From Bacteroidaceae bacterium (GTDB lineage Bacteria; Bacteroidota; Bacteroidia; Bacteroidales; Barnesiellaceae_A), in assembly GCA_017532725.1 (NCBI GenBank), contig JAFXIZ010000016.1:43317-107316 (forward strand): 64,000 nt of DNA. The letters are read 5' to 3'. The notes beneath the pieces were generated by a model. The model did no database searches. It saw nothing but the letters and a program-made list of their open reading frames with translations, and was not told the DNA's origin. Both the position numbers and the translations under genes were made by a program. Numbering within the stretch: position 1 is the first letter of the stretch; each line of letters opens with the position of its first letter. Positions 46,438-56,780 of the stretch are shown one piece after another.

Positions 46438-49400
46438 ATGTTGAATGTATATAGAGCATCGGCAGGCTCGGGAAAGACCTATAGGCTTACTTATGAGTAT
46501 ATTAAAATGCTGTTGGGTAGGCGTGACTGCAATGATAATACCCTGAATAGAGATGTAAAAGGGTGCTACAAATTCTATGATAATTTTAATAGCCCTCATC
46601 GCCGCATTCTTGCTGTAACGTTTACCAATAAAGCCACAGGCGAAATGAAACAGCGTATTGTAGAGCAACTCGACATCTTGGCACATAATACCACCGAGTC
46701 GGACTATTGTGCCGATTTGTGTCGTGACTTTGCCTGCGATGTGGCGCAGTTACAAAGGAATGTTACTCTTGTCTTGGAGCAGTTATTGCACGATTTTTCC
46801 TATTTCAATGTCTCGACAATCGATAGTTTCTTCCAGCAGGTGCTTCGTGCCTTTGCAAGAGAGGTGGGCCTTCAAGGTGGATATGAGGTGGAAATGGATG
46901 TCCAATATGTGAGGTCGGCAGCCATCGACCGTATGTTCGATGACTTGGAGGATAATAAAGATGTATTTGATTGGTTGTTGAAATATGCCGAACAGTGTAT
47001 TCGTGAAGATAGTAATTGGGATATTCAAGGTGGTGCTGAAATTTCACAATTGGCTAAACAATTGAGTACCGAAATCTACAGAAAATATCGTGATAAATTC
47101 GCTGAAAAGAGCATCAATGACTATAATGGTTATGTAGAGAAACTTACTGAATATAAGTCGGAACTACGCACAAAGATAGTAGAAATAGTTCGTGCTGCGA
47201 AGCGATTTTTAGAGAGCAATAATATACCAGAAGAGGCGTTTAAGGCTCATTTCGCCAAACCTATGAATGATTTGTGTGGCGATATTGAACAAATCGATGA
47301 TAAAAAATTTCTCACCTGTTTTTCAAAATTTTATAAGTATTATAGTGATCCTGAGCAATGGTTTACTGCAACTGGCCTGAAGAAAAGTCGTAGGACAGCC
47401 GAGGAGTTGTATGATATTTTATTACCGGTATTTTCGGACAAAACAGAGACTTTGGGTAATCTGCATCGCGAATATTGTTCCATAACTCCATCACTCAAAC
47501 TTATATATTCGTTAGGAGTATTGTCAACCATCGATAGGTATGTGAGAGAGTATGAACGGGAGCATAATACGTTGTTGTTGGAAAAAACACCCGAAATATT
47601 GAGCCGATTGATAAACGAGAGTGAGGCTCCGTTTATATATGAGAAGGTGGGCACTCGTGTGGCTCATTATATGATTGATGAGTTTCAAGATACATCCGAT
47701 TTGCAGTGGAGCAACTTCCAACCGTTGGTCAATGAGAGCCTCGCTTGGCATAACGAAAATCTTATTGTGGGCGATGTGAAACAGAGTATCTATCGCTTCC
47801 GTAATACCAATTGGCAACTGTTGCATCGGGGCTTGGAATCGTACGACTATAATTCTATCAACCAAGGCTACGATACCAATTGGCGCAGTTGTGCCGGTAT
47901 AATTGCCTTTAATAACTCATTCTTTTCCAATGCTGCACGATTGTTGCAGCACAAGTTGGCTTCGCAAATTTGTGAAGTATTCCCTGACGGCTCAAACCTA
48001 AAACCACTTGTGGCAGACATATTCAAAGGTGTTGAGCAAAAAGTTTCGCCTAAACATAAGGAGCATAGTGGGCATATTGAGGTGCGTATTCTCCCCAAAG
48101 AGAACTTTGAAGATGAGGTGTGCAAGCGTGTACCCGGAATAGTAAAATCGTTGCTCGAAAAAGGGTATAGGCAGAGAGATATAGCCTTCCTTGTGCGCGA
48201 AGCGAAAGAAGGTCGCAAACTTGTAGAATTGTTGTTGGCCGAAAGTGTCGAGGGCGAAAGTCTCTTGCGTAATCTGCGAGTCGTATCGGATGAATCGTTG
48301 CTTGTTGCCACAGCCCCTCCTGTAAAACTTATATTGGGTATTCTGCGATATTTGCATAACCCCGGTTATCCCATCAATGAGTTGGTGCTGGCCTATGAGC
48401 ATAGTTTGGTAAGTACGGCCGATGGGAATGCAAGTGAAGCTCTTGTGTCGTATTTCAATGGAAGGGTTGAAGGCGAACCTATCGGTAAAGAGTTGAAAGA
48501 ATTTATTGATGAGATAGCAACCAAGCCTCTGTTTGAGATGTGCGAGATGATAATAGATAAGTTCGGTATGCACAAGTTGTCGGCCTATATGGCTTATATA
48601 GAGGCTTTCCAAGATGCTGTGATAGACTATTGTCGCAATCACAGTGCCGATTTGTTTTCGTTCTTGCAATGGTGGGATGAAACGGGGGTATCGTCAACTG
48701 TCAAAACACCCGAAAATCTCGATGCTATTAAAGTATTGACTATACATAAGTCGAAGGGATTGGAGTATCCTGTAGTTGTCATACCATTTGCAACTTGGAC
48801 GTTTACTCACAAAACCGGCAGTTCAACTCCCATAAAATGGTTTGTACCCGATCGACCACCCTTCGATGCTATGCCGGCGCTGCCTATTAAAATGGCGAAG
48901 GAGTTGCAATCGACTATCTATGCCGAGCAGTATCTCGAAGAGAGTATCAATGAGTACATTGATAACCTGAATATAATGTATGTAGCCTTTACGCGTGCAT
49001 CGCAAGAGTTGATAGTACTCACTTATTCTCAAAATGGTTTCTCGGGTGAGGTGATAGAGGGGGCATTGAATATGGATGTGGAAAGTAATGCTGATTGTGC
49101 AATGATGGACTTCTCACCACATATCGAGCAACGCGACAATGAGAGTGTCTTTGAGGTGGGTGCCGATTGGAGGCCTTTGTTTGATGATAAGCCTGCTGCA
49201 CAACTTGTTGATGTGTCGTACAAGGTGGTGGTACCTAACGAGAGCCGTCTCAAGCAGCGTACTCAATCGCATAGTGTGTCGGGCGACCGAAAGCGAAATT
49301 ATGGTATTCTTATGCACGAAATACTTGCCGATATATACACTGCCGATGATATAGCAGATGTGGTGCAACGTTGTGTGCGCGAGGGACGACTGAAGAGTGC

Positions 49401-49716
49401 CAAAGCCCGTAAGACTGAAGAGAAGATACGTTCTTTCATCGCTCATCCCCGGGTGCAACGTTGGTTCTCGCCCGATGTGCGTATTGTCAATGAAACCGAT
49501 ATCCTCAAGTCGGGCAAGAAGGTAAATCGCCCCGACCGTATTGTTATAGATGGCAACTGCGTTACGGTGGTTGACTATAAGTTTGGTTGGGTAGAGAGTG
49601 ACGACTACAATAAAAAGGTGTCGGAGTATATGCAACTTGTTCGCGATATGGGCTATAAACAAGTAGAGGGATATATATGGTATGTCGAGAAAGAGAAGTT
49701 TGTACCTGTAGAGTAG
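46438..49716 (+). CDS. UvrD-family helicase with C-terminal PD-(D/E)XK nuclease (AddA/RecB-like)
   Basis: Walker A ASAGSGKTYRLT, motif II YMIDEFQDTS, later helicase motifs (TIHKSKGLEYPVV, YVAFTRA) and the C-terminal nuclease motif DRIVIDGNCVTVVDYKFG. Confidence 0.8.
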   Translation: MLNVYRASAGSGKTYRLTYEYIKMLLGRRDCNDNTLNRDVKGCYKFYDNFNSPHRRILAVTFTNKATGEMKQRIVEQLDILAHNTTESDYCADLCRDFACDVAQLQRNVTLVLEQLLHDFSYFNVSTIDSFFQQVLRAFAREVGLQGGYEVEMDVQYVRSAAIDRMFDDLEDNKDVFDWLLKYAEQCIREDSNWDIQGGAEISQLAKQLSTEIYRKYRDKFAEKSINDYNGYVEKLTEYKSELRTKIVEIVRAAKRFLESNNIPEEAFKAHFAKPMNDLCGDIEQIDDKKFLTCFSKFYKYYSDPEQWFTATGLKKSRRTAEELYDILLPVFSDKTETLGNLHREYCSITPSLKLIYSLGVLSTIDRYVREYEREHNTLLLEKTPEILSRLINESEAPFIYEKVGTRVAHYMIDEFQDTSDLQWSNFQPLVNESLAWHNENLIVGDVKQSIYRFRNTNWQLLHRGLESYDYNSINQGYDTNWRSCAGIIAFNNSFFSNAARLLQHKLASQICEVFPDGSNLKPLVADIFKGVEQKVSPKHKEHSGHIEVRILPKENFEDEVCKRVPGIVKSLLEKGYRQRDIAFLVREAKEGRKLVELLLAESVEGESLLRNLRVVSDESLLVATAPPVKLILGILRYLHNPGYPINELVLAYEHSLVSTADGNASEALVSYFNGRVEGEPIGKELKEFIDEIATKPLFEMCEMIIDKFGMHKLSAYMAYIEAFQDAVIDYCRNHSADLFSFLQWWDETGVSSTVKTPENLDAIKVLTIHKSKGLEYPVVVIPFATWTFTHKTGSSTPIKWFVPDRPPFDAMPALPIKMAKELQSTIYAEQYLEESINEYIDNLNIMYVAFTRASQELIVLTYSQNGFSGEVIEGALNMDVESNADCAMMDFSPHIEQRDNESVFEVGADWRPLFDDKPAAQLVDVSYKVVVPNESRLKQRTQSHSVSGDRKRNYGILMHEILADIYTADDIADVVQRCVREGRLKSAKARKTEEKIRSFIAHPRVQRWFSPDVRIVNETDILKSGKKVNRPDRIVIDGNCVTVVDYKFGWVESDDYNKKVSEYMQLVRDMGYKQVEGYIWYVEKEKFVPVE

Positions 49717-49739
49717 TACCTATATATTATTGAAAGATA

Positions 49740-49779
49740 AGGAGGCTGCGTCAAAAATTTCATTTTAACGCAGCCTCCT
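49740..49779. terminator. bidirectional hairpin between convergent helicase and mrp genes
   Basis: AGGAGGCTGCGT (49740-49751) pairs with ACGCAGCCTCCT (49768-49779), a 12-bp perfect stem. Confidence 0.6.
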
Positions 49780-49809
49780 CATATAATTTGTCTATTGTAT
49801 TGCTGTTGG

Positions 49810-50916
49810 TTACTTGTGTACCTCTACCTTTTGAGTGGCAGGCTGGGTGTCGTTGCGATGTTCTACGGCATTTATTACCTCTGTTGCCAACAATCGGAAT
49901 GCCAAGCCCGATGCTGTGTCATCAAGGGCTACGGGATGTCCGGCATCGCCACCGTCGCAAATGCTTTGTACGAGGGGTATTTGTCCGAGCAGAGTTACGC
50001 CCAACTCTTCGGCAAGGCGTTTGCCTCCTTCGCGACCGAAGATGTAGTAGCGATTGTCGGGCAGTTCGGCAGGGGTAAACCAACTCATATTCTCTACCAA
50101 ACCGAGGATGGGCACATTTACCTTATCGCCCATAAACATACTTATACCCTTGCGAGCATCGGCAAGTGCCACCTCTTGAGGTGTTGTGACAACGATAGCG
50201 CCGGTTATGCCCAATGTTTGCACCAATGTGAGGTGTATGTCGCTTGTGCCGGGGGGAAGGTCGAGTACAAAATAGTCGAGTTCATCCCATGCAGCGTCGG
50301 TGATGAGTTGTTTCAGCGCGTTACTTGCCATACCTCCACGCCACAGTACGGCATCGTCCTTGCGTACGAAGAAGCCAATTGACAAAATCTTCACACCATA
50401 CTTTTCGATAGGTATGATGTAACTGTGTCCGTTGCGCTCCTCGGCATAGACTTGCTCATCTTCTATATTGAACATCTTGGGAGCCGAAGGGCCGAATATA
50501 TCGGCATCGAGCAGTCCTACCTTGTAACCGGCTTGAGCCAATGCCACGGCCAAATTAGACGCTACGGTCGATTTTCCTACGCCACCCTTACCCGACGATA
50601 CGGCTATGATGTTTTTTACACCCGGCAGTGGGTTTTCGCGAGTAGGGCGATTGGCTACGCGATACTTCACAGCGATATTATCTTGTATCTCCACATCGGG
50701 AGCGACAAAGGTGAGTATGGCTGCCTCGGCTGCCTTTACTACCGATCGTATGAAGGGGTCATTCTCCTTCTCGAAGATGATAGAGAACGATACTTTGCGT
50801 CCATCAATGCGTATATCATCTTCAATCATATTATTCTCGACAAGGTTTTTACCGTTGCCGGGATAACGTACTTGTGCCAGCGCATCAAGTATCAGTTGGG
50901 GATATAGTGCATCCAT
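49810..50916 (-). CDS. mrp: Mrp/NBP35 (ApbC) iron-sulfur cluster carrier ATPase
   Basis: N-terminal DUF59-like domain, deviant Walker A AVSSGKGGVGKST, and the CxxC-equivalent region followed by ENMSWF. Confidence 0.9.
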   Translation of the reverse strand: MDALYPQLILDALAQVRYPGNGKNLVENNMIEDDIRIDGRKVSFSIIFEKENDPFIRSVVKAAEAAILTFVAPDVEIQDNIAVKYRVANRPTRENPLPGVKNIIAVSSGKGGVGKSTVASNLAVALAQAGYKVGLLDADIFGPSAPKMFNIEDEQVYAEERNGHSYIIPIEKYGVKILSIGFFVRKDDAVLWRGGMASNALKQLITDAAWDELDYFVLDLPPGTSDIHLTLVQTLGITGAIVVTTPQEVALADARKGISMFMGDKVNVPILGLVENMSWFTPAELPDNRYYIFGREGGKRLAEELGVTLLGQIPLVQSICDGGDAGHPVALDDTASGLAFRLLATEVINAVEHRNDTQPATQKVEVHK

Positions 50917-51063
50917 ATTTTTGTTATTTTATTGCGATTGAAATTTATCTTTGCGATTTAATGCAAAGATACAATAATTCGGTGAGTATGTTTGTGTCAA
51001 TCGCAAAATATTGAGTAATTTTGCAACTTAAAAATTCAGAAACACATAAAGAATTTATCACAA

Positions 51064-52353
51064 ATGGAAATGCTTCAAAGGCTCTTTGGGTTTGACAAGA
51101 AGGTAACAACTGTTCGTACCGAGATTACGGCAGGTATAACTACCTTCCTTGCTATGGCTTACATCTTGGCTGTCAATCCCAATATTTTGAGTGAAACGGG
51201 TATGGATGAGGGTGCATTGTTTACAACTACTGCTCTCATTGCTGGTTTTGCAACAATATTGATGGGTGTATATGCTAAGTTGCCCTTTGCCCTTGCCCCC
51301 GGTATGGGACTTAATGCCTTCTTTGCCTACTCGATATGTTCGGTTATGGGCTACTCGTGGCAGTTTGCTCTTACGGCTGTATTCTTGGAGGGTATTATCT
51401 TTATATTGCTCACAATATCCAATCTGCGCGAGAAGATTGTTGATGTCATCCCTGATACGCTCAAGAATGCCATCAGTGTGGGTATTGGTTTGTATATAGC
51501 CTTTATAGGGTTGCAAAGTTGTGGTATTATAGTCAATCACGACTCGACGTTGGTAAGCCTCAGCCCATTGTCGGCACCGGCTCCGATGTTGGCTATTATT
51601 GGTGTTATATTTACCTCAATACTGCTTGTTAAGAAGGTGCAAGGTGCCTTGCTCTGGGGTATATTGGTCACTACCATTGTGGGTATTCCTATGGGTGTTA
51701 CACAGATGACCGGTGTTATGAGTGCTCCTCCTTCTATCGAGCCTATTGCGCTGAAGTTTGAATGGGGTAAAATCTTTACTCCCGATATGTTTGTGGTGGT
51801 GTTTACGTTGTTATTTGTCGATTTGTTCGATACGATAGGTACGTTGATAGGTGTTTCTACCAAAGCCGGAATGGTGAAGAATGGTAAGATACCTCGACTT
51901 AAACAGGCATTTTTTGTCGATTCTATAGCAACTACTGCCGGTGCTATGATGGGTACAAGTACGGTTACAACATTTGTCGAGAGTGCCGCCGGTGTTAACG
52001 AGGGTGGTCGCAGTGGACTGACAGCCTTCGTAACAGGTGTATGCTTCTTGTTGTCATTGTTCTTCGCTCCGTTCTTCTTGGCTATCCCCGAGTCGGCTAC
52101 AGCCCCGGCGCTTATTCTTGTGGGATTGATGATGATGTCGTCGGTTGTTAAGGTCAATTTCGATGACTACAGTGAGGCTATACCTGCTTTTGTGTGTATC
52201 TTGTTTATGCCCTTGTCGTATAGCATATCGGATGGTATCGTGATGGGTCACCTCAGTTACATTCTTGTCAACTTATTCAGTGGCAAGTACAAGAAAGTAA
52301 CGGTGGGTATGTATATATTGGGTGCATTCTTCCTATTGCGATTCTTGCTGTAA
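51064..52353 (+). CDS. NCS2 (AzgA/PbuG-type) purine permease
   Basis: FGFDKKVTTVRTEITAGITTFLAMAYILAVNP...PFALAPGMGLNAFF...ESAAGVNEGGRSGLTA are conserved blocks of adenine/guanine/hypoxanthine permeases. A TAATTTTG box lies at 51016-51023. Confidence 0.85.
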   Translation: MEMLQRLFGFDKKVTTVRTEITAGITTFLAMAYILAVNPNILSETGMDEGALFTTTALIAGFATILMGVYAKLPFALAPGMGLNAFFAYSICSVMGYSWQFALTAVFLEGIIFILLTISNLREKIVDVIPDTLKNAISVGIGLYIAFIGLQSCGIIVNHDSTLVSLSPLSAPAPMLAIIGVIFTSILLVKKVQGALLWGILVTTIVGIPMGVTQMTGVMSAPPSIEPIALKFEWGKIFTPDMFVVVFTLLFVDLFDTIGTLIGVSTKAGMVKNGKIPRLKQAFFVDSIATTAGAMMGTSTVTTFVESAAGVNEGGRSGLTAFVTGVCFLLSLFFAPFFLAIPESATAPALILVGLMMMSSVVKVNFDDYSEAIPAFVCILFMPLSYSISDGIVMGHLSYILVNLFSGKYKKVTVGMYILGAFFLLRFLL

Positions 52354-52365
52354 TATTGCGATAGA

Positions 52366-52397
52366 TAGAAATAATAACGCGCGAGTATCATTCGATG
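52366..52397. terminator. bidirectional hairpin between convergent permease and pgi genes
   Basis: AACGCGCGAG (52366-52375) pairs with CTCGCGCGTT (52388-52397), a 10-bp perfect GC-rich stem. Confidence 0.6.
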
Positions 52398-52426
52398 CTC
52401 GCGCGTTGTTTATTGTGTGATTGTTA

Positions 52427-53773
52427 TTACAATCTCTTGCGAATGGCTTTGCTTTCCTCTTCATATCCGGGCTTGTCGAGGAGGGCAAACATATTGCGCT
52501 TGTAGTCCTCAACACCGGGTTGGTTGAAGGGGTTAACGCCCAAGATGTAACCACTGATACCACAAGCCTTCTCGAAGAAGTAGATGAGTTGACCCAAGTA
52601 ACGCTCGGTAAGAGCAGGTATCTCAATCTTGAGGTTGGGTACACCACCATCGACGTGGGCTATTTGAGTACCCAATTCGGCCATTTGGTTTACCTCATCG
52701 ACGCGTTTTCCGGCAAGGAAGTTAAGACCATCGAGGTTGTCTTTGTCCGAAGGAATAACAACTTCGTGTTTCATCTCGCCTACCGAAAGAACGGTTTCAA
52801 ATATTGTGCGCTCGCCATCTTGTATCCATTGACCCATTGAGTGTAAGTCGGTAGTAAAGTCAACCGATGCAGGGAAGATACCCAAGTGGTCTTTACCCTC
52901 GCTCTCGCCGTAGAGTTGTTTCCACCACTCGGCAAGGAAGTGCAATTTGGGGTTGAAGTTTACAAGTATCTCAATCTTCTTACCGGCTTGGTACAAGGCG
53001 TTACGAGTAGCGGCATATATGGCAGCAGGGTTTTTGGCGAAGGGAACATCTTCGGCGCAAGCCTTTTGCATCTCTACGGCACCGGCTACAAGGGTGCGAA
53101 TGTCATATCCGGCAATGGCGATAGGAAGAAGACCTACAGGCGAAAGTACCGAGAAGCGACCACCTACGTTGTCGGCAATAACAAATGTCTTGTAACCCTC
53201 GGTGTCGGCAAGTTTGCGCAACGCACCACGAGCAGCATCGGTTACGGCTACGATGCGTTTGCCGGCCTCTTCTTTGCCAACTTGTTTCTCGAGTTGTTCT
53301 TTGAGCAAACGGAATGCGATAGCAGGCTCGGTAGTAGTACCCGATTTAGAGATTACTACGATACCAAACTGACGGTCGGCAAGCAGTTCTTGCAATTCGT
53401 ATAGATAATCTTCGCCGATATTTTGTCCGGCAAAGAGTACGATGGGGGCTTCGTGTTGTTTGCGCAAATGCTCGAAACTGTGTGAGAGGGCTTCGATAAC
53501 TGCTTTTGCGCCAAGATAACTACCACCAATACCTATTACAACCACGATTTCGCACTTCGATTGCAATTGACGAGCAGCGTTTTCTACATCTTGCAGATGC
53601 TCTTCGGTAATCTCTGTGGGTAAATTCAGCCAGCCGAGGAAATCGTTTCCGAGTCCTGTACCTTTGTGTAATTGTTCGATGCCGTTAAGAGCCTTACCTT
53701 CCAAGGCAAATACATCTTCACGGCTTACGGCTCCAAGAGCCTTGTCGATAACCAAATTAATCTTTTTTTCCAT
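52427..53773 (-). CDS. pgi: glucose-6-phosphate isomerase
   Basis: [19 protein letters not shown] and NPFNQPGVE motifs. 448 aa. Confidence 0.95.
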   Translation of the reverse strand: MEKKINLVIDKALGAVSREDVFALEGKALNGIEQLHKGTGLGNDFLGWLNLPTEITEEHLQDVENAARQLQSKCEIVVVIGIGGSYLGAKAVIEALSHSFEHLRKQHEAPIVLFAGQNIGEDYLYELQELLADRQFGIVVISKSGTTTEPAIAFRLLKEQLEKQVGKEEAGKRIVAVTDAARGALRKLADTEGYKTFVIADNVGGRFSVLSPVGLLPIAIAGYDIRTLVAGAVEMQKACAEDVPFAKNPAAIYAATRNALYQAGKKIEILVNFNPKLHFLAEWWKQLYGESEGKDHLGIFPASVDFTTDLHSMGQWIQDGERTIFETVLSVGEMKHEVVIPSDKDNLDGLNFLAGKRVDEVNQMAELGTQIAHVDGGVPNLKIEIPALTERYLGQLIYFFEKACGISGYILGVNPFNQPGVEDYKRNMFALLDKPGYEEESKAIRKRL

Positions 53774-53800
53774 TTTTATAGTAGTTTGTGTAACTGTTGC

Positions 53801-54799
53801 TTATAAGAAAGTGTCGGCCATACGGGCTATAGCCTTCTTTACCGATACTCTGCGATACAATATATCGTACATACAATCGAGTATGGGCATTGCTACCTCA
53901 TATTTGGCATTTACTTCGTGCATACATTTTGTTCCGTAGTAACCTTCGGCAATCATATCCATCTCTACTTGAGCCGACTTAACCGAATAACCACGACCAA
54001 TCATTGTACCAAAGTTGTGGTTACGGCTGAAGCGTGAGTAGGCTGTTACCAGCAAGTCGCCCAGATATACCGAGTCGCTCATATCGCGCACGAGGTCGGG
54101 CGATGCGGCTTGTATAAAGTGCGACATCTCCTTGAGGGCGTTAGAGGTGAGCATTGCTTGGAAGTTGTCACCGTATCGTGCGCCTTGACACACGCCCGAT
54201 GCGATGGCGTAAACATTCTTCAGCACAGCGCAGTACTCAATACCTATCACGTCGGACGATACGATGGTGCGCAACTTGTTGCACGAGAGTGTTTGTGCAA
54301 AGGCGCGAGCGCGTTCAATGTCCTGACAACCTACTGTGAGGTACGAAAGGCGTTCGAGTGCCACCTCTTCGGCGTGGCAAGGACCTCCTATCACTGCCAG
54401 CATATCATCCGATACTCCATACACTTGTTTGAAGTAATCGGTTACGATGAGGTTTTCATCGGGTACGATACCTTTGATGGCTGTTACAAGGAATTTTCCT
54501 TTGAGGTCGGCTGTGAGTTTTTCAAGGTGCGATTTCAGGTAAGGCGAGGGCGTTGCAAACAACAATGTGTCGGCTTTTTCTACCACTTCATTGATGTCGG
54601 AACTAAACTCGATGCGATTAGGGTCGAATGCAACATCTGAGAGGTATGCGGGGTTGTGACCGTCGCGAATAAAGTCGGCTATACGGTCGTCACGGCGCAT
54701 ATACCATAAGATTTTCTCCTCGTTGTTAAGCACCAATTTGGCGAGAGCAGTAGCCCAACTACCACCTCCCATAATGGCTATTTTACCGATGGGTTGCAT
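53801..54799 (-). CDS. gpsA: NAD(P)H-dependent glycerol-3-phosphate dehydrogenase
   Basis: N-terminal IAIMGGGSWATALAK Rossmann motif, then GPCHAEEVA and LKNVYAIA. Confidence 0.9.
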   Translation of the reverse strand: MQPIGKIAIMGGGSWATALAKLVLNNEEKILWYMRRDDRIADFIRDGHNPAYLSDVAFDPNRIEFSSDINEVVEKADTLLFATPSPYLKSHLEKLTADLKGKFLVTAIKGIVPDENLIVTDYFKQVYGVSDDMLAVIGGPCHAEEVALERLSYLTVGCQDIERARAFAQTLSCNKLRTIVSSDVIGIEYCAVLKNVYAIASGVCQGARYGDNFQAMLTSNALKEMSHFIQAASPDLVRDMSDSVYLGDLLVTAYSRFSRNHNFGTMIGRGYSVKSAQVEMDMIAEGYYGTKCMHEVNAKYEVAMPILDCMYDILYRRVSVKKAIARMADTFL

Positions 54800-54807
54800 A
54801 ATATGAT

Positions 54808-56538
54808 TTATTTTTGCACTTGTTCAATCCAACCTGCCACTTGTTCGACAGTAGGATTGGGTAAGTTGAGTTTAAATTTCTTATTGATGCCACATATTTC
54901 TTGATGCAGTTTGCCGGGGTTTACTTCGGCCATAGCGGCAACGGTCAGGTATCCGGCTTTCTGTATGGGGGCTACCCATTCGGTGGGTACGCCTACGGCT
55001 GTGTATGCTGCCTCGTTGTCGCGTTTTTGTACTTTCTCGGGGCGCATTTGGGGGAATAGCAATACCTCTTGAATGGTAGTTTGGTTGGTCATAAGCATTA
55101 CCAAACGGTCCATACCTATACCTATACCGGCAGTGGGGGGCATACCGTATTCGAGTGCGCGCAAGAAGTCTTGGTCGATAAACATTGCCTCGTCATCACC
55201 CTTCTCCGACAAGCGCAGTTGCTCCATAAAGCGCTCGCGTTGGTCGATGGGGTCGTTCAACTCCGAGTAAGCATTGGCAAGTTCCTTACCGTTAACCATC
55301 AACTCGAAACGCTCGGTGAGGTCGGGATTGTTACGGTGACGCTTGGTAAGAGGTGACATTTCGATGGGGTAGTCGGTAATAAAGGTGGGTTGGATGTAGT
55401 TTCCTTCGCACTTCTCACCAAATATTTCATCGATAAGTTTACCCTTACCCATTGTCTCGTCGGTTTCAATGCCCAATTGCTTGCATACGCCACGCAGTTG
55501 CTCCTCGTCCATACCGGTAATGTCTATGCCGGTGTGTTCTTTGATGGCATCTATCATAGTAACGCGTTTGAAGGGGGCTTTGAAACTTATTACATTGTCG
55601 CCTACGGGTATCTCGGTAGTACCGTTGGTGACCATACATATCTTTTCGAGCATTTGCTCGGTAAAGGTCATCAACCAATTGTAGTCCTTGTACGACACAT
55701 ACATCTCCATACAAGTGAACTCGGGGTTGTGTGTACGGTCCATACCCTCGTTACGGAAGTTGCGTGAGAACTCATACACACCTTCAAATCCACCTACGAT
55801 AAGGCGTTTGAGGTATAATTCATTGGCAATACGTAAGTATAGGGGAATATCGAGTGCGTTGTGGTGTGTGATAAATGGGCGTGCTGCTGCACCACCGGGG
55901 ATGGCTTGCAGTACGGGAGTATCTACCTCAACGTAGCCGTGCGAGTTGATAAAGTCGCGCATTGTGTTGAATACAATGGCACGTTTCATAAATATATCTT
56001 TTACGCCCTCGTTTACCACAAGGTCAACGTAGCGTTGTCGGTAGCGCAATTCGGGATCGCTGAAAGCGTCATATACCACGCCGTCTTTCATCTTTACGAT
56101 GGGCAGGGGACGCAACGACTTGGATAGTACGGTAAGTTCTTGTGCGTGGATAGTGATTTCGCCCATTTGTGTACGGAAAACGAAACCTTTGATACCCACA
56201 AAGTCGCCTATGTCGAGCAACTTCTTGAATACTGTATTGTACAACTCCTTGTCTTCGCCGGGGCATAAGTCATCGCGTGAGATATATACTTGGATGCGAC
56301 CTTGCGAATCCTTCAGTTCCATAAAAGAGGCTTTACCCATAATGCGACGGCTCATAATACGACCTGCCACCGATACTTGACGGGGCTCGGCATCATCGTT
56401 GAAAGACTCTTTGATTTCTGTTGTGTAGGCATCCACCGGATATTCGGCTGCAGGATAGGGTTCGATACCTATCTTGCGCAACTCATCCATACTGTTGCGG
56501 CGGATTATTTCTTGTTCGCTTAATTCTAAAATGTTCAT
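54808..56538 (-). CDS. lysS: lysine--tRNA ligase (class II) with the Bacteroidetes-type C-terminal extension
   Basis: OB anticodon-binding domain ([31 protein letters not shown]). Class II motifs [15 protein letters not shown] and [12 protein letters not shown] minus-strand TACTTTTG box lies at 56562-56569. Confidence 0.95.
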   Translation of the reverse strand: MNILELSEQEIIRRNSMDELRKIGIEPYPAAEYPVDAYTTEIKESFNDDAEPRQVSVAGRIMSRRIMGKASFMELKDSQGRIQVYISRDDLCPGEDKELYNTVFKKLLDIGDFVGIKGFVFRTQMGEITIHAQELTVLSKSLRPLPIVKMKDGVVYDAFSDPELRYRQRYVDLVVNEGVKDIFMKRAIVFNTMRDFINSHGYVEVDTPVLQAIPGGAAARPFITHHNALDIPLYLRIANELYLKRLIVGGFEGVYEFSRNFRNEGMDRTHNPEFTCMEMYVSYKDYNWLMTFTEQMLEKICMVTNGTTEIPVGDNVISFKAPFKRVTMIDAIKEHTGIDITGMDEEQLRGVCKQLGIETDETMGKGKLIDEIFGEKCEGNYIQPTFITDYPIEMSPLTKRHRNNPDLTERFELMVNGKELANAYSELNDPIDQRERFMEQLRLSEKGDDEAMFIDQDFLRALEYGMPPTAGIGIGMDRLVMLMTNQTTIQEVLLFPQMRPEKVQKRDNEAAYTAVGVPTEWVAPIQKAGYLTVAAMAEVNPGKLHQEICGINKKFKLNLPNPTVEQVAGWIEQVQK

Positions 56539-56771
56539 AATTTACAAAAAACTGTTTGGTGCAAAAGTACAAAAAAAAAGCGTGATGCCCATACTTTATT
56601 ATCGTATTTCGCACAATAGTGTGCCAAAACATTGCAAATGTGCGCTGAACGGTATTGTAGGGCTGATATTTGCGCACACATTTTTCTCTCCTGTCGCTTG
56701 ATATGCAAACGGTTGCACCGTCGAATGCAAGAAAAATTGTACCTGTTGTTGTGAGGTTTGTGATGCGACAT

Positions 56772-56779
56772 TACCTTTG
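56772..56779 (+). promoter_or_regulatory. -7 promoter box TACCTTTG at the head of the ORF-free island
   Basis: Matches TAnnTTTG on the plus strand. No protein gene follows. The first hairpin of the candidate RNA begins 2 nt later. Confidence 0.4.
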
Positions 56780-56780
56780 C

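Noticed and set aside
49795-50382. ORFs 49788-50078(+) and 49795-50382(+) opposite mrp, 51537-52157(-) opposite the permease, 58159-59829(+) opposite GH13, and 61270-62181(+) opposite the SusF-like gene
   Set aside because: They are shadow ORFs on the antisense strand of strongly supported genes, with no motifs and biased composition.
50917-51063. Purine riboswitch in front of the NCS2 purine permease
   Set aside because: The leader is about 40-110 nt and lacks the conserved three-way-junction sequence (UAUA...GGAU.UGG...CCGUAAA-like blocks) of guanine/adenine riboswitches.
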